In this document: positions 1 to 13,719 of the stretch, piece after piece
Layout of the letters: each line of letters starts with the position of its first letter
Numbering within the stretch: position 1 is the first letter of the stretch
Assembly: GCF_020745735.1 (NCBI RefSeq)
Contig: NC_083436.1
Location: 3,867,299-3,931,298, forward strand
Direction of reading: 5' to 3'
Length of the DNA stretch: 64,000 nucleotides
DNA from: Hemiscyllium ocellatum
Taxonomy: Eukaryota
The notes under the pieces: generated by a model
Told to the model about the DNA's origin: nothing
Databases searched by the model: none
Seen by the model: only the letters and a program-made list of their open reading frames with translations
Translations under genes and position numbers: made by a program

Positions 1-153
1 CTTTCTCTGCACCTTCTCTGTGACTGTGACACCATATTCTGCAATGTGGTCTGTTACTCTGATGCACTTTGTACGATATGACTTGCCTGTATAGCATGAA
101 AAATAACACTCCTCGCTGTACCTCAGTACATGTGACCAATGATAAATCAATCA
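1..153 (+). mobile_element. 3' tail of a Rex1/Babar-like LINE
   Basis: Ends in CTGTACCTCAGTACATGTGACCAATGATAAATCAATCA, a Rex/Babar-type 3' end with a short repeat tail. Confidence 0.45.
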
Positions 154-502
154 GTTACTAACTGTGCAAAAGGTTTACTTCTCACATCACATTTGCCTCT
201 TTTTCTGTGGTGCACTGATTGTTAAGGCAAGAAGACAGGCTCTCCACATTCCACATTTTAACCAAGCGGATTCTCCAATCAGCATCTATATCCCAATGAA
301 TAAAAACAATGATTAAAAAAAACACAAAAATCAACTTGATCACACAGGCTGCCTCCTTAAGTCCCAAGCATCAAAGACACCACTCTTCAGGCAATATAAT
401 TTCATTCAAGTGATAGAAAAAATTTTGAACCAAGAAACAGTTGAAGGTACTGAGTACCGCAAGACTATCACCTCAGGCAACATCCTGGCTCTCATACAGA
501 AG

Positions 503-1362
503 ACTTATAGAACACAGAATGTTACAGCGCAGTACAGGCCCTTTGGTCCTCGATGTTGCGCTGACCTGTAAAAATAATTTGATGCCCATCTAACCTACAC
601 AGTTCCATTATTATCCATATGTATATCCTATGCCCATTTAAAAACCTTAACATCAGCGAGTCTTCTACTCTTGCAGACAGTCCGTTCCACGCCCTTACTA
701 CTCTCTGAATCAAGAAACTACCCTGATATCTATCACCCCTCAATTTGGAGCTCTTTGCGTTAGCTTTCACCATCCAAGGACAAAGGCTCTCACTCTCCAC
801 TCTATCTAATACTCTGATTATCTTATACGTCTCAATTAAGTCACCTCTCAACCTTCTTCTCTCCAATGAAACAGTCTCAGTTCCCTCAGCCTTTCCTTGT
901 AAGACCTTCCTTCTATATGAGGCAACATCCTTGTAAATCTCCTTTGAATCCTTTCCAAAGCTTCCACATCCTTCCAATAATGCAGTGACTAGAACTGCAC
1001 ATAATACTCAGGTACGGCCTTACCAGTGTCTTGTACAGCTGAAGCATGACCTCAAGGCTCCGAAACTCAATCCCCCTCCCAACAAACGCTAACACACTAT
1101 ATGCCTTCTGAACAACCCTATCAACCTGGGTGGCAAAATTCAGGGATTTACGCACCTAGATACCGAAATTTCTCTGTTCATCCACACTGCCAAGAATTTT
1201 ACCATTAGCCCAGTACTCTGCATTCCTGTTACTTCTGCCTCACATTTTTTCACATTAAACTCCATTTGCCACTTCCCAGTCCAGCTCTGTATCTTATCTA
1301 TGTCCCTCTGTAACCCACAACATCTTTCCACACTATCCACAACTCTACCTGTCTTAGTGTCA
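503..1362 (-). mobile_element. CR1 (HER1-like) LINE, 5'-truncated, degenerate
   Basis: Broken ORFs with CR1 C-terminal motifs WQMEFNVKKC, LYKTLVRP, SLERRRLRGDLIETYKI, QRVVRAWN, followed by a CR1 3' UTR (AAGGGCCTGTACTGCGCTGT). Confidence 0.9.
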
Positions 1363-1964
1363 CTTGACTGAATTCAAGAGCTAAGCTTTCGATACTAGAG
1401 TAGCATTTGACCCCGCACAGCATCAAGCAGCACTTGCCAGATTGAATTCAGTGGCACTGAAGATGCACTGCACTAACTCACAAAGCCTCCTTCAAAAGCC
1501 GCATCCAATCCCATCAAAAAGAAGAACAGCAGATTATGTCCAAACATAATTAGATTAGCTTAAAGGTAGATTAAAGGTGCTGTGCACATAATGAGACACT
1601 GAGAACATGTGCACAGCAGTTATACCAGGACAAAAGGTCGGTATAGGCACCTGCCATTGGAGAGGAAGGCCATATGTAGGATCTGCCACAGAGGATTCAG
1701 GTGAGCGCTTTGATGATCATTCACAGCAAAATGCCTGACAAATTGAAAAGCCAATCAGAAAACTTGCATTTAATATAATGGAGCATGAAGGAGCTCCATA
1801 GCAACTTGACACTAGTCATTGGGCAGCGCTTGGAGGCCTAGACCTTTCAGCGTGGAAGCCCTGACCAACTCTAATGAGTATTACTGTGAGCGCTTACCTG
1901 AATCCTGTGCAGTATCTATAAAGCTGAGTGAAAACAGCCAATGTTTCAGATTACTGACCTTTCA

Positions 1965-2090
1965 GCAGAACTCACGTCATCAACCAACCATGTCAACTGT
2001 TTTTCTCTCCACAGAGGTCACCAGGCATGCTGAATCTTTCCAGGATTTTCTGTCCTATATTTTAAGTGGCAAGCATCTGCAGTATTTTGT
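1965..2090 (+). mobile_element. Highly decayed Penelope family D terminal-repeat fragment
   Basis: TTTCTCTCCACAGAGGTCACCAGGCATGCTGAATCTTTCCAGGATTTTCT...GCATCTGCAGTATTTTG resembles the reverse complement of 42011-42113. The HHR core is no longer recognisable. Confidence 0.4.
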
Positions 2091-2659
2091 TGATACATAT
2101 TGCAGATGACAGATATCCCAGCTTCCACTGTGGAACAAGTCAATTCCATCAAAGATCTGAGTGCTACACTGGAATCACATAAGGGTAACCTTAATGTGTG
2201 TTGAACTCAGTCTGCTGTTAGCATAGGTTCAAATAACTGTTCAAAAATGCTTGGAGGGCGTCTAGTGATGATTGCTAGGATTACTGAGGCACCACCTCAG
2301 TGCCCCGAGTGGAAGTGGTTCTGAGAAAGGTGGGTCTGCTGTTGTCTCACAGGAATGCATCATTTGTCTTCCATTCCATTAGTGCCCTTGCCAATCAGCC
2401 AAGCTGCTATCCCCCATGCCCAAAGACTACAGGGCACTACAACTGCTGCATAATCTATATCCAGATGTGTGCTCTCTGTCAATGCTAATAGTAATAGTTT
2501 ATTGCTGAATGGGCAAAGAGAGAATCGTGCTTACTGATATTACAGCACATGCCGATGTCCTTTATATATACATTATGTTCCCTTCTTTATCCTCCCCTTC
2601 TGATTCCACCTCTGCCAGCTTCTCAGCTTTTCAGTTGTTAGCCTGATGGAGGGAGGTTT

Positions 2660-3735
2660 GCAGTTTTGTTCTGCAGAGACTGATGTTGGGAGCACTTTTT
2701 GATACAAATAACTTGGGTTTGGGTACACAGCGCATAGTCTCAAAATTTGCAGACAACATGAAACTTGAAAATATAAAAAAAACAATGAGAAGGATTGGAA
2801 CATACATCAGTTCTGCATGGACTGGAAAATGAGAAGTCGGAGGGAACATACAGTTTAAGGGAACTGTGATAGAAGGTATGACAGAGGCATTAAAAACTAA
2901 TAATACAGGAACAAAAGGCTCAGTAGATGTGTGTGTGTGTATACAGGTACATGGCAAGTTGAGAAAGCAGTAAGAAAAAAAAGACAGCCTTGATATCATA
3001 AGTAGAGGGATAGAGTGAAAAAGCTGGCAGGATATCTAACCACAGAAATGGGCATAAACAAGTGCTCTCTTTGCCTCACATGCCACTTGATGTAGAAAGG
3101 AACCAAAGAAGAAGAGCACACAATAAGAAAAATGTGATACAGGGGCAAGTAGGTGCTGGAATCTGTACGGAAAATAAAAAATGCTGGACAAAATTTGACA
3201 ACTTTTGTACATGACTAATTGAGCCCCAGTTGGAGCACTGTATACAATTTTGGCACCATTCTTTAGGAAAGATGCCATGACTTCAGGGAGTGTGGAGAGA
3301 AGATTTGCCAAAGTAAGGCCAGGAATGAGGGACTACAATTCAGAAGACAGACTAGAAAAAGTAGAATTGATGTCCTTACAGCAGATGAGATATGGTGCTT
3401 AAATTTGGTGCTTAAAATCAAGAAGGGTTCTGATAGAATAAATAAGGAGCAAATATTTTTGAGAGGCAGAAGGGTCAAAAATCAGAAGATACGGATTGAT
3501 GATAAAGAACAAAAAATTTCAGAAGTAATTTTTTATGCAGGAAGACATTATGATCTGGAAAGCATTACCTGGAAAGGTTGAGGAAGCAGATTCCAATAGT
3601 AAATTTTTAAAAGAGAAATGAACAAAAATATGAAGGGAAAATACTTTCAGGACTACAAAGACAGGGCCGGTGAATGGGACTAAATGGATAATCTTTCAAA
3701 AATCTTGTACAGGTAAAATGTACAATGATTCTATG
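2660..3735 (+). mobile_element. Old degenerate CR1 LINE 3' fragment
   Basis: SKFADNMKL remnant at about 2738, a later VQFWHHSLGK-like segment, and a CR1-like 3' UTR ending ATGATTCTATG. Confidence 0.65.
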
Positions 3736-4248
3736 TTGTAACGGCCATCAGTTTCCAACGTGGTAAAAACATCATGGTACATCAAACTTATTTTCAAAGC
3801 CTGTAAACAACAAGCAGAAACCAGTATAAACAACAAAGCACCGCATAAAGTATGGAACTTCTTTTATGCTTGAAAATTGAAGCTTTTTATGCCTGTTTGG
3901 CATTATATTTCAAAAAGCGCAATCAAGGAAATTTTTCAATTCTTGAAATACCTCATTGTGATGTGTAAAATATAACCAGTATTACTTATGTTACCTAGAA
4001 GAAAGTGTACTAACATAGATTGGGCTTCTGGTTTTAATTTTGTTAATCAGCAATTCTCTTAAAGTGATCATTGCCATTATGAATTTTTTTTTATAAACAA
4101 TCCAGAATCTCTGCAGGAACACACAGTTGGCTATCCATTCAATGTATATTAAATTACGTTACTGTTCTTCATTCATCTCCTATCTCAAAAGCAATAATTT
4201 TCTTTACTAATAGTTTGGTCTACCTATATCTGAGAAGGAGACACTCAC

Positions 4249-4444
4249 TTGCATAATCCGTTCTCTGGTTCCTCAAGTCCGAATCTTTCATCGAAGGTTA
4301 GTTGTATTTGCATATTTTCATCAGCTGCTATTAATCTCCACAACAGCACCACATCTCGCGGATAACTCTGAGGAAATCGTGGACTCTGCACAAATCCATC
4401 CTCTGATATTGTGATAACTTTTTCATGCTGATGATCATGTACTC
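4249..4444 (-). CDS. PDGFC: Platelet-derived growth factor C, internal coding exon (exon 2, first half of CUB domain)
   Basis: Translates GVHDHQHEKVITISEDGFVQSPRFPQSYPRDVVLLWRLIAADENMQIQLTFDERFGLEEPENGLCK, closely matching the PDGF-C CUB start (GVQDPQHERIITV...SPRFP..YPR..VL.WRLVA..EN..IQLTFDERFGLEDPE). Acceptor ...TTTTTTAATTGAATTAG|GA at 4446-4445, donor AA|GTGAGT at 4248. The exon is 196 bp, phase 1 to phase 2. Confidence 0.93.
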
Positions 4445-5314
4445 CTAATTCAATTAAAAAAAAGGCCAATGTAATTGTAATGCAAAACAGAGGGGTCTTA
4501 AATCTCAGCCATGACCAATGGATATTACTTACTTCATTTTGTCAGTTATAAATTGGTCTGGTATAACAGACATGAATCTCACAACAGCTATCCAATAAAT
4601 GATAATAACACAAGCGAACCAGACCTACATTGAAATATTTGTAATCTGGAGTGTATTTAACCATCCTCTATGCTATAATATTTTTACCAGGTATAAAGTT
4701 CCTTCTTAGTGATTGGCATGGGGCCTAAACTTTTATCACATACTTGGCAAAAGCAAAAACGTTGAAAAAATAAATAACACGTGTTGTTAGGATTTCCAGA
4801 GTTTGCCATCACTGAGAACTAGACATGTTAGAGGTTTCAAATGGAAAAAAAAACATTAATTCTTCTTCCTGCTGTTTTGAAGATTGACTGTAAACATTAG
4901 AAGTAAATATTTTTAATAATGGATTTAATTTTTTTTACATACATTACTCAATAAGAACCATTTAAAACTAATTTGTGCATTGTTTAATCTCGAATGCATT
5001 CCTGAGGGTTTTTATTCCACCTTTTAAATAACAAGATTTTTTTAAAAATTAGATTGTTCTTCCTTAAAACCTGCATGGAATGTTCTAAAGCCTTTTTGGC
5101 ACATTGATATTTTTTGCACTAAAGCCACAACTTACATCAGAAAACTGAAGTGTATCACATCGAATCAGGTTCTCAATATTTTATGATTTGCATGGTGAAC
5201 ATTTGTTCCACTGAGGGAAAAATGCATTTGCAGATCAGCTTTCTTCCTAATGAGGTAGACAGCAGACTACTTAACAAACCATTGCTACTCTTTGGCTTCT
5301 ATGACCAAACATAA

Positions 5315-6602
5315 TCATCTAGCAAGCAACAATTTGATTTCAGATAGTCAACATGGTTTTGTCAAGGGCAGGTTGTATCTTACAAACCTCATTGAGTTTT
5401 TTGAGAAGGTGACCAAGCATGTAGATGAGGATAGAGCAGTCGACGTGGTGTACATGGACTTCAGTAAAGCCTTTGATAAGGTTCCACATGGTAGGCTGTT
5501 GGAGAAAATGCAGATGCATGGGATTGAGGGTGATTTAGCAGTTTGGATTAGAAACTGGCTTTCTGAAAGAAGGCAGCGAGTGGTGGTTGATGGAAAATAT
5601 TCAACCTGGATTCCGGCTACTAGTTGTGTGCCACAAAGGTGTTTTGTGACCACTGCTGTTGGCATTTTTATAAATAACTTAGATGCAGGTGGATGGGTTA
5701 GTAAGTTTGCAGATGACAATAAACTTGGTGGAATAGTGGACAGTGTGGAAGAATGTTCCAGGTTGCAGGGGGACTTGGAAAAACTGCAGGACTGGGCTGA
5801 GAGGTGGCAAATGGAGTTCAATGCAGCTAAATGTGAGGTGATTCACTTTGGGAAGAATGACAGGAAGACAGAGTACTGGGTCAATGGAAAGATTCATGAT
5901 TGTGCGGATGTGCAGAGGGATCTTGGAGTCCATATGCATAGATCCCTGAAAGTTGCCACCTAGGTGGATAGTGCTGTTAAGAAGGCATACGGTGTGCTGG
6001 GTTTCAATGGTAGTGGATTGAGTTCCGGAGCCACAATGTCATGCTGTAACTATACGAAATGCTAGTGCAGCCGCACTTGGAATATTGTGTACAGTTCTGT
6101 TCGCCCCATTATAGGAAGGATGTGGAAGCATTGGAAAACGTGCAAAGGAGATTTACCAGGATGTTGCCTGGTCTGGAGGGAAGCTCTTATGAGGAAAGGT
6201 TGAGAGACTTGGGTCTGTTCTCATTGGAAAGATGAAGGCTCAGAGGAGATTTGATAGAGACATACAAGATGATCAGAGGATTAGATAGGGTAGACAGTGA
6301 AAGTCTTTTTCCTAGGATGATGATGTCAGTGTGTACAAGGAGGCATAACTACAAATTGAGGGGTGATAGATATAAGACAGATGTCAGAGGCAGGTTCTTT
6401 ACTCAGAGAATGCTTTGGGCATGGAATGCCCTGCCTGCCAATGTAGTTAACCCAGCCACATTAGGGAGATTTAAACAATCCTTGGATAAGCAGATGGATA
6501 ATAATGCAATAGTGTATGAGGATGAGCTTAGAATAGTTCACAGGTCAGCACAACATTGAGGGTCGAAGGGCCTGTTCTGTGCTGTATTGTTCTATATTCT
6601 AT
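5315..6602 (+). mobile_element. CR1 LINE, 5'-truncated RT region plus 3' UTR
   Basis: ORF 5292-5963 has QHGFVKGR, LTNLIEFFE, DFSKAFDKVPH, SKFADD and WQMEFN. Stops lie downstream, and the tail is TTCTATATTCTATG. Confidence 0.93.
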
Positions 6603-6604
6603 GA

Positions 6605-7630
6605 GTGAAGGCTACAATGAGATCAACGGATACACTGCTCTGGCAGAACCCAACCTAACTATCAGTGAGGTTATTGCTAAGCAAGTGCTATTGATAGCAT
6701 ACCTTGATGACACCTTCGACCACATCATTGACAATTAAGAGTAACCTGATCAGATGGTAATTGACTGGGTTGGATTTGCCCTCCTCCAGCAATTTGTTTA
6801 ATTGTCCATCATTGTTAGATGAGATGGGACTGCAGAGCTGAGGTCTGATTTATTGATTTTGAGATTGTCAGTCTCTTGCTGCTTATGTTCTTTTACAAGA
6901 AATTAGTCCTTTTTTTTAGCTTCATCAAGTTGATACTCATTTTTAGGGCTCTGTGGTGCTGCTCCTGGCTGCATTCTTACTTTTACTCGGGTTGATCATC
7001 TAGGTATATGATAATGATAGATTGAAGGATATACCAGGCCATCAGATGGCAGACTGTGTGTGAGTACAATTCCATGGATGCTGACGGCCCAGAACGATTC
7101 ATGCATGCCCAGCGTTGAGATGCTAAATTTGTTCAAAATCATGATAGTGCCACCGAACACAATAGTGTTTGTGGCGATGACTGTTAGGTATGATTCTATG
7201 AGAATGGCTATGACGGGTATGAGTAGTCTGTGAAATAGCTCTCCTGTTTTTTGGCCTACCCACAGAAGTTCATAAGAAGGTATTTGTAGGGCCAATGGGG
7301 CTGAGTTTGCCCATTGTTGTTTCCAGTGTTTATGTCGATCTCTTTAAGACGTATTTTGAATGGTCTGAAATAAATGAGTAGCTTGTTAGGCCATTTCAGA
7401 GGGCAGTTAGGAGCCAACTGTGGTGTTGTCAGTCTCAGGTCACATGTAGGCCAGGCAGTTAAGGAAAGCAGATTTCCTTTCAGAAACAGCAAATCAAAAA
7501 TGAGTTAATTGAATCTTTAATTCTAGATGTTTTTATTGAATTAAAATTCCACAGCTACCATGATGGGATTCAAACTCTAGCCCCCAGTACACTATATAGA
7601 TCTCTGGATGACTAATCCAATGAAAATATC
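6605..7630 (-). mobile_element. Old degenerate retroposon with a tRNA-like 5' head (family uncertain)
   Basis: The reverse complement of 7545-7630 reads as a decayed tRNA-type head (GGAGAGGCAATGATGTGGTG...GAGTTTGAATCCCATCATGG). The body is LINE-like but has no usable ORF. Confidence 0.35.
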
Positions 7631-10249
7631 ACCACATCATTGCCTCTCCCATGGTTGCCAAGATTCTCTATATTACAAGTTGTCATCACACATTACAAGT
7701 ACTTTATTGGTTGCTAAATCATATTGGATGTCTTGAAACCAGGAACAGCACCACATAATCCAAACTTTATCCTTTTCTTATACTAAATTCTGCAGAAGAG
7801 CCCAAAATTCAATCCCTCAATACCACAATCAGCAAGTGCTGCAGCCTGCCATTCTTCTAATAATAAATTTTGATACTGCCATCAGACAGCAGAATAGCTG
7901 ATTGCACCAAAATTGAAAGTAGTCCCTAGTAAAGACTTAACTTGTACACTTAATCGCCTCCTATGCTTCACAAATAATGCACTTTAATTTATCCAATAAA
8001 AACATATTATTCAAAGATCATCACTCTGGCAGGTGTAATTCTTTCTTGCGATTTTTGGTTTAAAAATTCTCCACCAACAAGAATGACAATGAGATCTTGC
8101 CTTGGAATGTTATGATACATATATACACAGAGATCAAAAACAAACCGTACAGCTTTAATATTGAAATGCATTCTCAAGTGTAATTAAATATGATTTTAAA
8201 AGGAACACCCATACATACATAATTTGTGGCATTTTTGTTCTTAAATTACAAGCAGCTTTCTTACAGAGATGATGTAATCAACCTAAACTCAAAATTACTG
8301 TGGTTTAGTCAATAACCACATGTAATATGTGCATTTCCACTGTCAGCTGACTAATACCACAGGCAGAATGTTGCAAACAGTGCCACTGCTAAAGCTGGCA
8401 ATGGAATAAAGTGTACTGCAAAGTGAATCCAGCACTTACTCTCACAGTGAGTGCCAGCATTACCAATACTGTAAAGGCAAACATTACATTGGATCAGTAG
8501 CAAAGCTTCTGTTTAGCCCTTGTGGCCATAATGCTGACAGGACCAATGGAAAACTGAAATCTAATTACAGAGAACATCTTTTGGTTCCAAAATCCATGTT
8601 TGCTTTCAAGTGACAAATGGAGAGAAAAGTCCCCAAAGGTTATCATGGAATCCTTTAGGATTGAGATCAGAGTTCCATGGAATTTTTAAAATATGTGTCA
8701 TACAAAGTTTTAGAGCCACTTTGCTGGACTCATTCCAAATCTTAACCTTCTACTTGCCCTGTATGGGCAATACCCCACGCCTTGAACAAATCAAAAGCTC
8801 CTTCTATTTACTGTTACTATGGAGTTGGAAATTCTACTTTGGCAAAGATTGCTGAATATTCTCCAAGAGTAAAAATACATGACAGAAATGGTTGCTTTGT
8901 TGCTATAAGCTACAAGTTGCATCCACATGTTAAATTTTTACTACTCATCTATCAATGACATAACAACAAGATGGTTATTTAGCAACATCAGTCCTTAATA
9001 AGAATAAAAGTAGTTTTGAATAATAATTTTTAAAAAAAAATTTGGCCAAGTGATATCATTAAACATGTACAGAATATACCATGGGCAGCTCAGAATCTTG
9101 CTATCTTAGTTTTTATTAGCATTCAGGACCTTTTCTACCTCATCACCGTGATGGTTTTTGAAGTTTGCCCATCTGACCATTCTTAAGGAAAGTAGCTCAT
9201 TAGGATGCCATTTCTGTGAATCCTGACTAATTAAGGAAGGAGTGGAGGTGATGGTGAAAAGGCTGAACAGGCAAAAAAGGCCAATGGAAAAGTGTCTAAT
9301 TGCTGCGCAACAATGTCACCCCATCCTAAGCAAGATAGCTCATACATAAACATATTGTGGAGCCATCTTAACATACAATTTTGAAATGTTCTTGACACCT
9401 GTCTTCAAAATTGTTACAATATGCCCATAATCTTCAAAATGATGTGATAAATGTATGCGTTATCTAAAGGTTTGTCCTTGGCTCATTGTTTTCTCCATGT
9501 CTCATTGTCCTGTGTCTGTCATTTCATTTCCCAATAATCTCCTTAAATTTTAAGGCACACATCATTGATATTCTCTTTCCTTGTATTCCTCTTTTTAATT
9601 GAAACTCTCCCTCCACAGTGTCTGTTATTGCTTATGTATACCCAAGTCAGACACTGGCTGATTCTACTTGATTCAGCAAATTTGTTGTTTGTTTATTCTC
9701 CTCAGCATTTCATCATAGATGTCATTTTCTTCCCAACTGATATTTTCCATTTTCCTCCCAAATCCAAATTTCAAAATGGTTTACCAATTTAATCTCCTCT
9801 CTCCATAAAATTCAATACCACCATCCATTGAAAACAATATTCAAATCAAATCATTACATGAACTATTTATGCTTTCTGAGCAAATTCTGATGACTAACTT
9901 TTGTTAGTAAATACAACTTTCCTATTGCTATAAATATGAGGTGATGCACTTAGACTCCACCCATTCTAATTATGCTACACACATACTCTCAATGAAGACA
10001 AAGATTTCTATTCTTTCCCTCAGAGAAAACAGATGTATCTGTACAAATCCTCAATTCTTGGCAATTATGCAAAACCAGATATGGTTATACACACAGCTAT
10101 CATGCACTAAACTTCTTGTTACCTACAACAATGCCTTGTTGGTAAATACTCTGTGGTGGTGTATCTTTCTACTGCTAATGACTAGATATGCCCAAGATTA
10201 ACTAACGAACTGCTTCAAATACACCTACTCAGTACTTCATAATGATAGA

Positions 10250-12700
10250 GGAAGCAGTACCACAAGGTACCAGGACTGGTCATCAAAGAAAATACCACAT
10301 TGTTCCAACAGTTTGGATGTGATGCCTACAGAAGGAAAAGAAATCCAGAAGTCCTAGAAGAAATAATTTTCAGCCAATGAGTTTCTTATTTTAGAGTATA
10401 CTGTTTTAAAGGATTATCATTAGAGAAGAGCAACACCTATCATGGAAGTAGCAAATAGGACACCAAAATCAAACCTCTTCCGAAGCTGGTAAGAAGTGCT
10501 GGGGCAGGATTGTGGGCTAGGAAAGAAAAAAAGCCAACTGGAAAAATTTGGAGGCCTCAGTGAAGGAAGCTCTGTATGAAGCAAAATTAAGAACCAGGGA
10601 GGTAAGCATAGGAATAACTCTGGGTAGAGGAAATAGCTCTATTATCAAATAGTAATTAGATGAGAGTAGATAGACAATAAATTATAAAAGAGAGTTCTTA
10701 CTTTTTGCAACAGGCATCACTGCAATTAGCATTATACTTTATGAGGCACAACTGCAATGCACAGTGAAAGGACCAATAAATAAATTTGGACCGGAGCACT
10801 GAATCAGGAAGACCGCAAAATTTACTTCAGCTGAGAAAAAGCAGATTTACGGAAATCTTTTTGAAAAGTCTAGCAGAAGAAGAAAAATTAAAGATTTAAA
10901 ATGACTGAGTCTCAGTTAAGAAGCCACAATTTTGGCTAGGCAGAGAGCTTTGTTTAAAAATTTGTGGAGCTTTTTTGGTGTATTAGACTTTGAAAGATAG
11001 GAAACATTCAGTTTACAAGTGAAGAAGCTGAAAAAGTGTGTCTTCAACAGGGAGAGAAAGCACGAGAGGAAGTGGGTAGTCACTATTCTGATTTAGTATA
11101 AAAGGTAGGAAAACCCAGTATACAGTACAGAGATAAAGTATTATACAGAAACAGATTTTAAAAAGCTTGCAAGGTCTAAAGTATTACAGAAGAGACAGAA
11201 CAATAATTTAAAGTTTTATTTAATAACTCAATAAAGTATTACTGAAACACAGAGTTAAAAACATTGGCAATATTAGAAACACTACAATACATCAGTGATA
11301 GAGTCTAGCAATCTCTGCAGTAATTCAATTTTAAACTGCATTAATGAATACAATACAAGCTTAAAAGCTGATTTAAAGCAATAATGCATTGAGACAAATT
11401 TAAAATGCTAGGACACTGCGAAGAGTAACCATCCATTACAAAGAATGGCAAATGATATAATACATCAAGCAGACTCAAGCTCAGAGAAGAATCATACAGA
11501 CGTAAGATTGGACATCATGGAGGCAACAGTTCTTAAGATGCAACACTACTTCAAAATTAAATACTAAGACTGAAGCTGAGCAAATTAGTACACTATGATA
11601 TTGAATTGGTCTGAAAATGGATGACGCTATTAACAGACAATATATTGAGTGTACAGATATCTTTAAAGATTTCCTCAAAGTTAATAATTACTTCAATTTA
11701 AGAACAACTAAAACTTTTGAATAAGCAAGATGCAAAATAAGAGCTCAGCTTCCATGAGAATCCTTAAATAGTTACATTGGTGGAAATCTGAGAATATAGA
11801 GCTTTCAAATCAGAATTCATTAGTGAGGACATAATTGTTGTTGGACTTCTTGGTAAAGTAGTATTAGATTTTGCACAGTTCAAGGAAGATTTATGTTTGG
11901 AGAAGGATGCTCAAATTATACTGAATGCAGAAGCCAGAAAGACTGATAGACAGATACCCGGAGAAGACTAATATTATCTCAACAGAGCAATTAATTTTTT
12001 TGCAGATAAACTCTGTGGAACATGTGAGAATCCTACATAGAGATCAAGCCAAATACCTGATGCTCAAATCCAACATTAGTGCTGGGAAACAACAAGTACT
12101 TGTAGGCGCAATGTACAGTCATCATTAAGGAATGCTACATTTGCTAAGCTGCAGGTCATAAGATTTGTAGAAGATAGACACATTTTCAGAAGAGTGGAAG
12201 TATTGGTGGTCACACATGTTAAGAGATCCACACTGTACATTATGCACCACCATGAGAAAAGATATCTGTACTTAATGATAAACTGCACAGACTTCATGGG
12301 AGCCAGACCAACATCCACAGATCCAGTCATCGTCAAGACAAAGGAAATGCAAAAGAGAAACTACTTCTTCCAATTAGAAAGAGATTATTAATCCAGAATC
12401 CAGGATACCACGTGAAGCAAATTTAACACAGCAACTGCCTTCTCGAGAGGAAATTAAAGATCAATGAAATAAGGCAATAGTTCAACAGCAACCTCTACAA
12501 AGAACAACATCCTCCATGAAGGATAAATCAGAGATAAGGGATGTTCCAGCAGAAAAGGGACCCGCAGATTAGAACCAGGGTCATTAGTCTTTAGCAATAG
12601 ATCAACTATTCATTGAGTCTAAAGGATGAAAAGTGCAAAATGTCCATGTCACTTACATTTGTAAAGTCAGTTTAGGGGTCAATGACATAGGGAGGTTATA
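10250..12700 (+). mobile_element. Possible very old Gypsy-like LTR retrotransposon internal relic
   Basis: A-rich, coding-like strand bias over 2.4 kb. It starts ACCACA-AGGTACCAG (LTR end/PBS-like) and ends near a purine run AGGGAGG. Only faint integrase-like peptide remnants survive. Confidence 0.3.
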
Positions 12701-13142
12701 TTATCTAAGTGAAATGTGTCTTCTGTAGATACTCCACGGCACAGTATCCTCCATTTCTAATCACTGGATGGGCCCAAGACAAAGGAGAATTGGTGGCAGC
12801 GAATTACAAAAAATCTTTACACATTCTGTTTGGGTGGCAAAAACCACAAGATACCAGATTAACTATCTGAGAAAGTGACACACACAATACTTGAATTCTT
12901 ACACCTTTTCTAGTTCTCTTCCAGGTCACTGAATAATGAAACAGACTCAATTAGCTAAATAGCCTACTCCAGCTCCTATATCTAATGGAATGTGTGAATG
13001 TGTGAGAATGAGTAAATGAATGAGTTTGGTAGGTGGTTAAGTGGTTGAGTAAGGTGTGAAATAAACTGAGTAAAGCGGATAATTGGTAAAGGGGATAGAG
13101 TTATGAAACAAATGAGAACATCACTTTTCTTCTGGATCAATC

Positions 13143-13397
13143 ATAATATGGAATCACAGAGTGGAAACAGGCCATTCAGCTCATCTACTCCACACCAACC
13201 CTCCAAAGGGCATTCCATCCAGACCCATCTCCTTACCGTATCCCCACATTTCCCATGGCGAACTCACCTAGCCTGCACATCCCTAGACACTATGAGTAAG
13301 TTAGCATGGCTACTCCACCTAACCTCCACATCTATGGACTATGGAATGAAACCGGAAACCCACACTGACTCAGGGAGAATATGCAAAATCCAACACA
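13143..13397 (-). mobile_element. Old HE1-related SINE fragment
   Basis: GTGGAAACAGGCCATTCAG tail and the ACCTAACCT...GGACTATGG...AAACCGGAAACCCACACTGACTCAGGGAGAATATGCAAA central domain. Confidence 0.7.
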
Positions 13398-13719
13398 AAC
13401 AGATCATTTCAGGCTTTTTAAAACCATGGTTTGCTCATAAAACTCTTTCCTAAGTCACTCTTGCCCTTATATTCAGTCCTTTAAGTTGAAAGCCATTAAC
13501 CTCCTTCAATCACCCACATGCATGGTATACCTTTCTTGCACTGTCATACATTAATTATTGCTGAGGTATAGATGCCTAAAGCACAGAAAAAGGTCATAAA
13601 CTAGGATCATCGAATTTCCACCAGTCACAAGTAACCACCTAGCTATTCTCATCCAATTTTCAGCATTTGGCCCTTTAGTCTTAAGTGCCTTAGCATCACA
13701 AGTGTACATCTAAAGACTG

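Larger units (their letters stand above)
1..4248 (-). other. PDGFC: PDGFC intron 2 (partial)
   Basis: Starts at the GTGAGT donor (4248-4243). The next CUB exon (YDFVEVE-like) was not found in 1-4248. Confidence 0.8.

Noticed and set aside
4249-4444. Alternative call PDGFD or another CUB protein
   Set aside because: GV.D.QHE and QLTFDERFGLE are PDGF-C-like. PDGF-D differs in both places.
4445-4469. N-terminal extension MAFFLIEL of ORF 4245..4469
   Set aside because: It is the intronic polypyrimidine tract and acceptor read in frame from a non-ATG start, not coding sequence.
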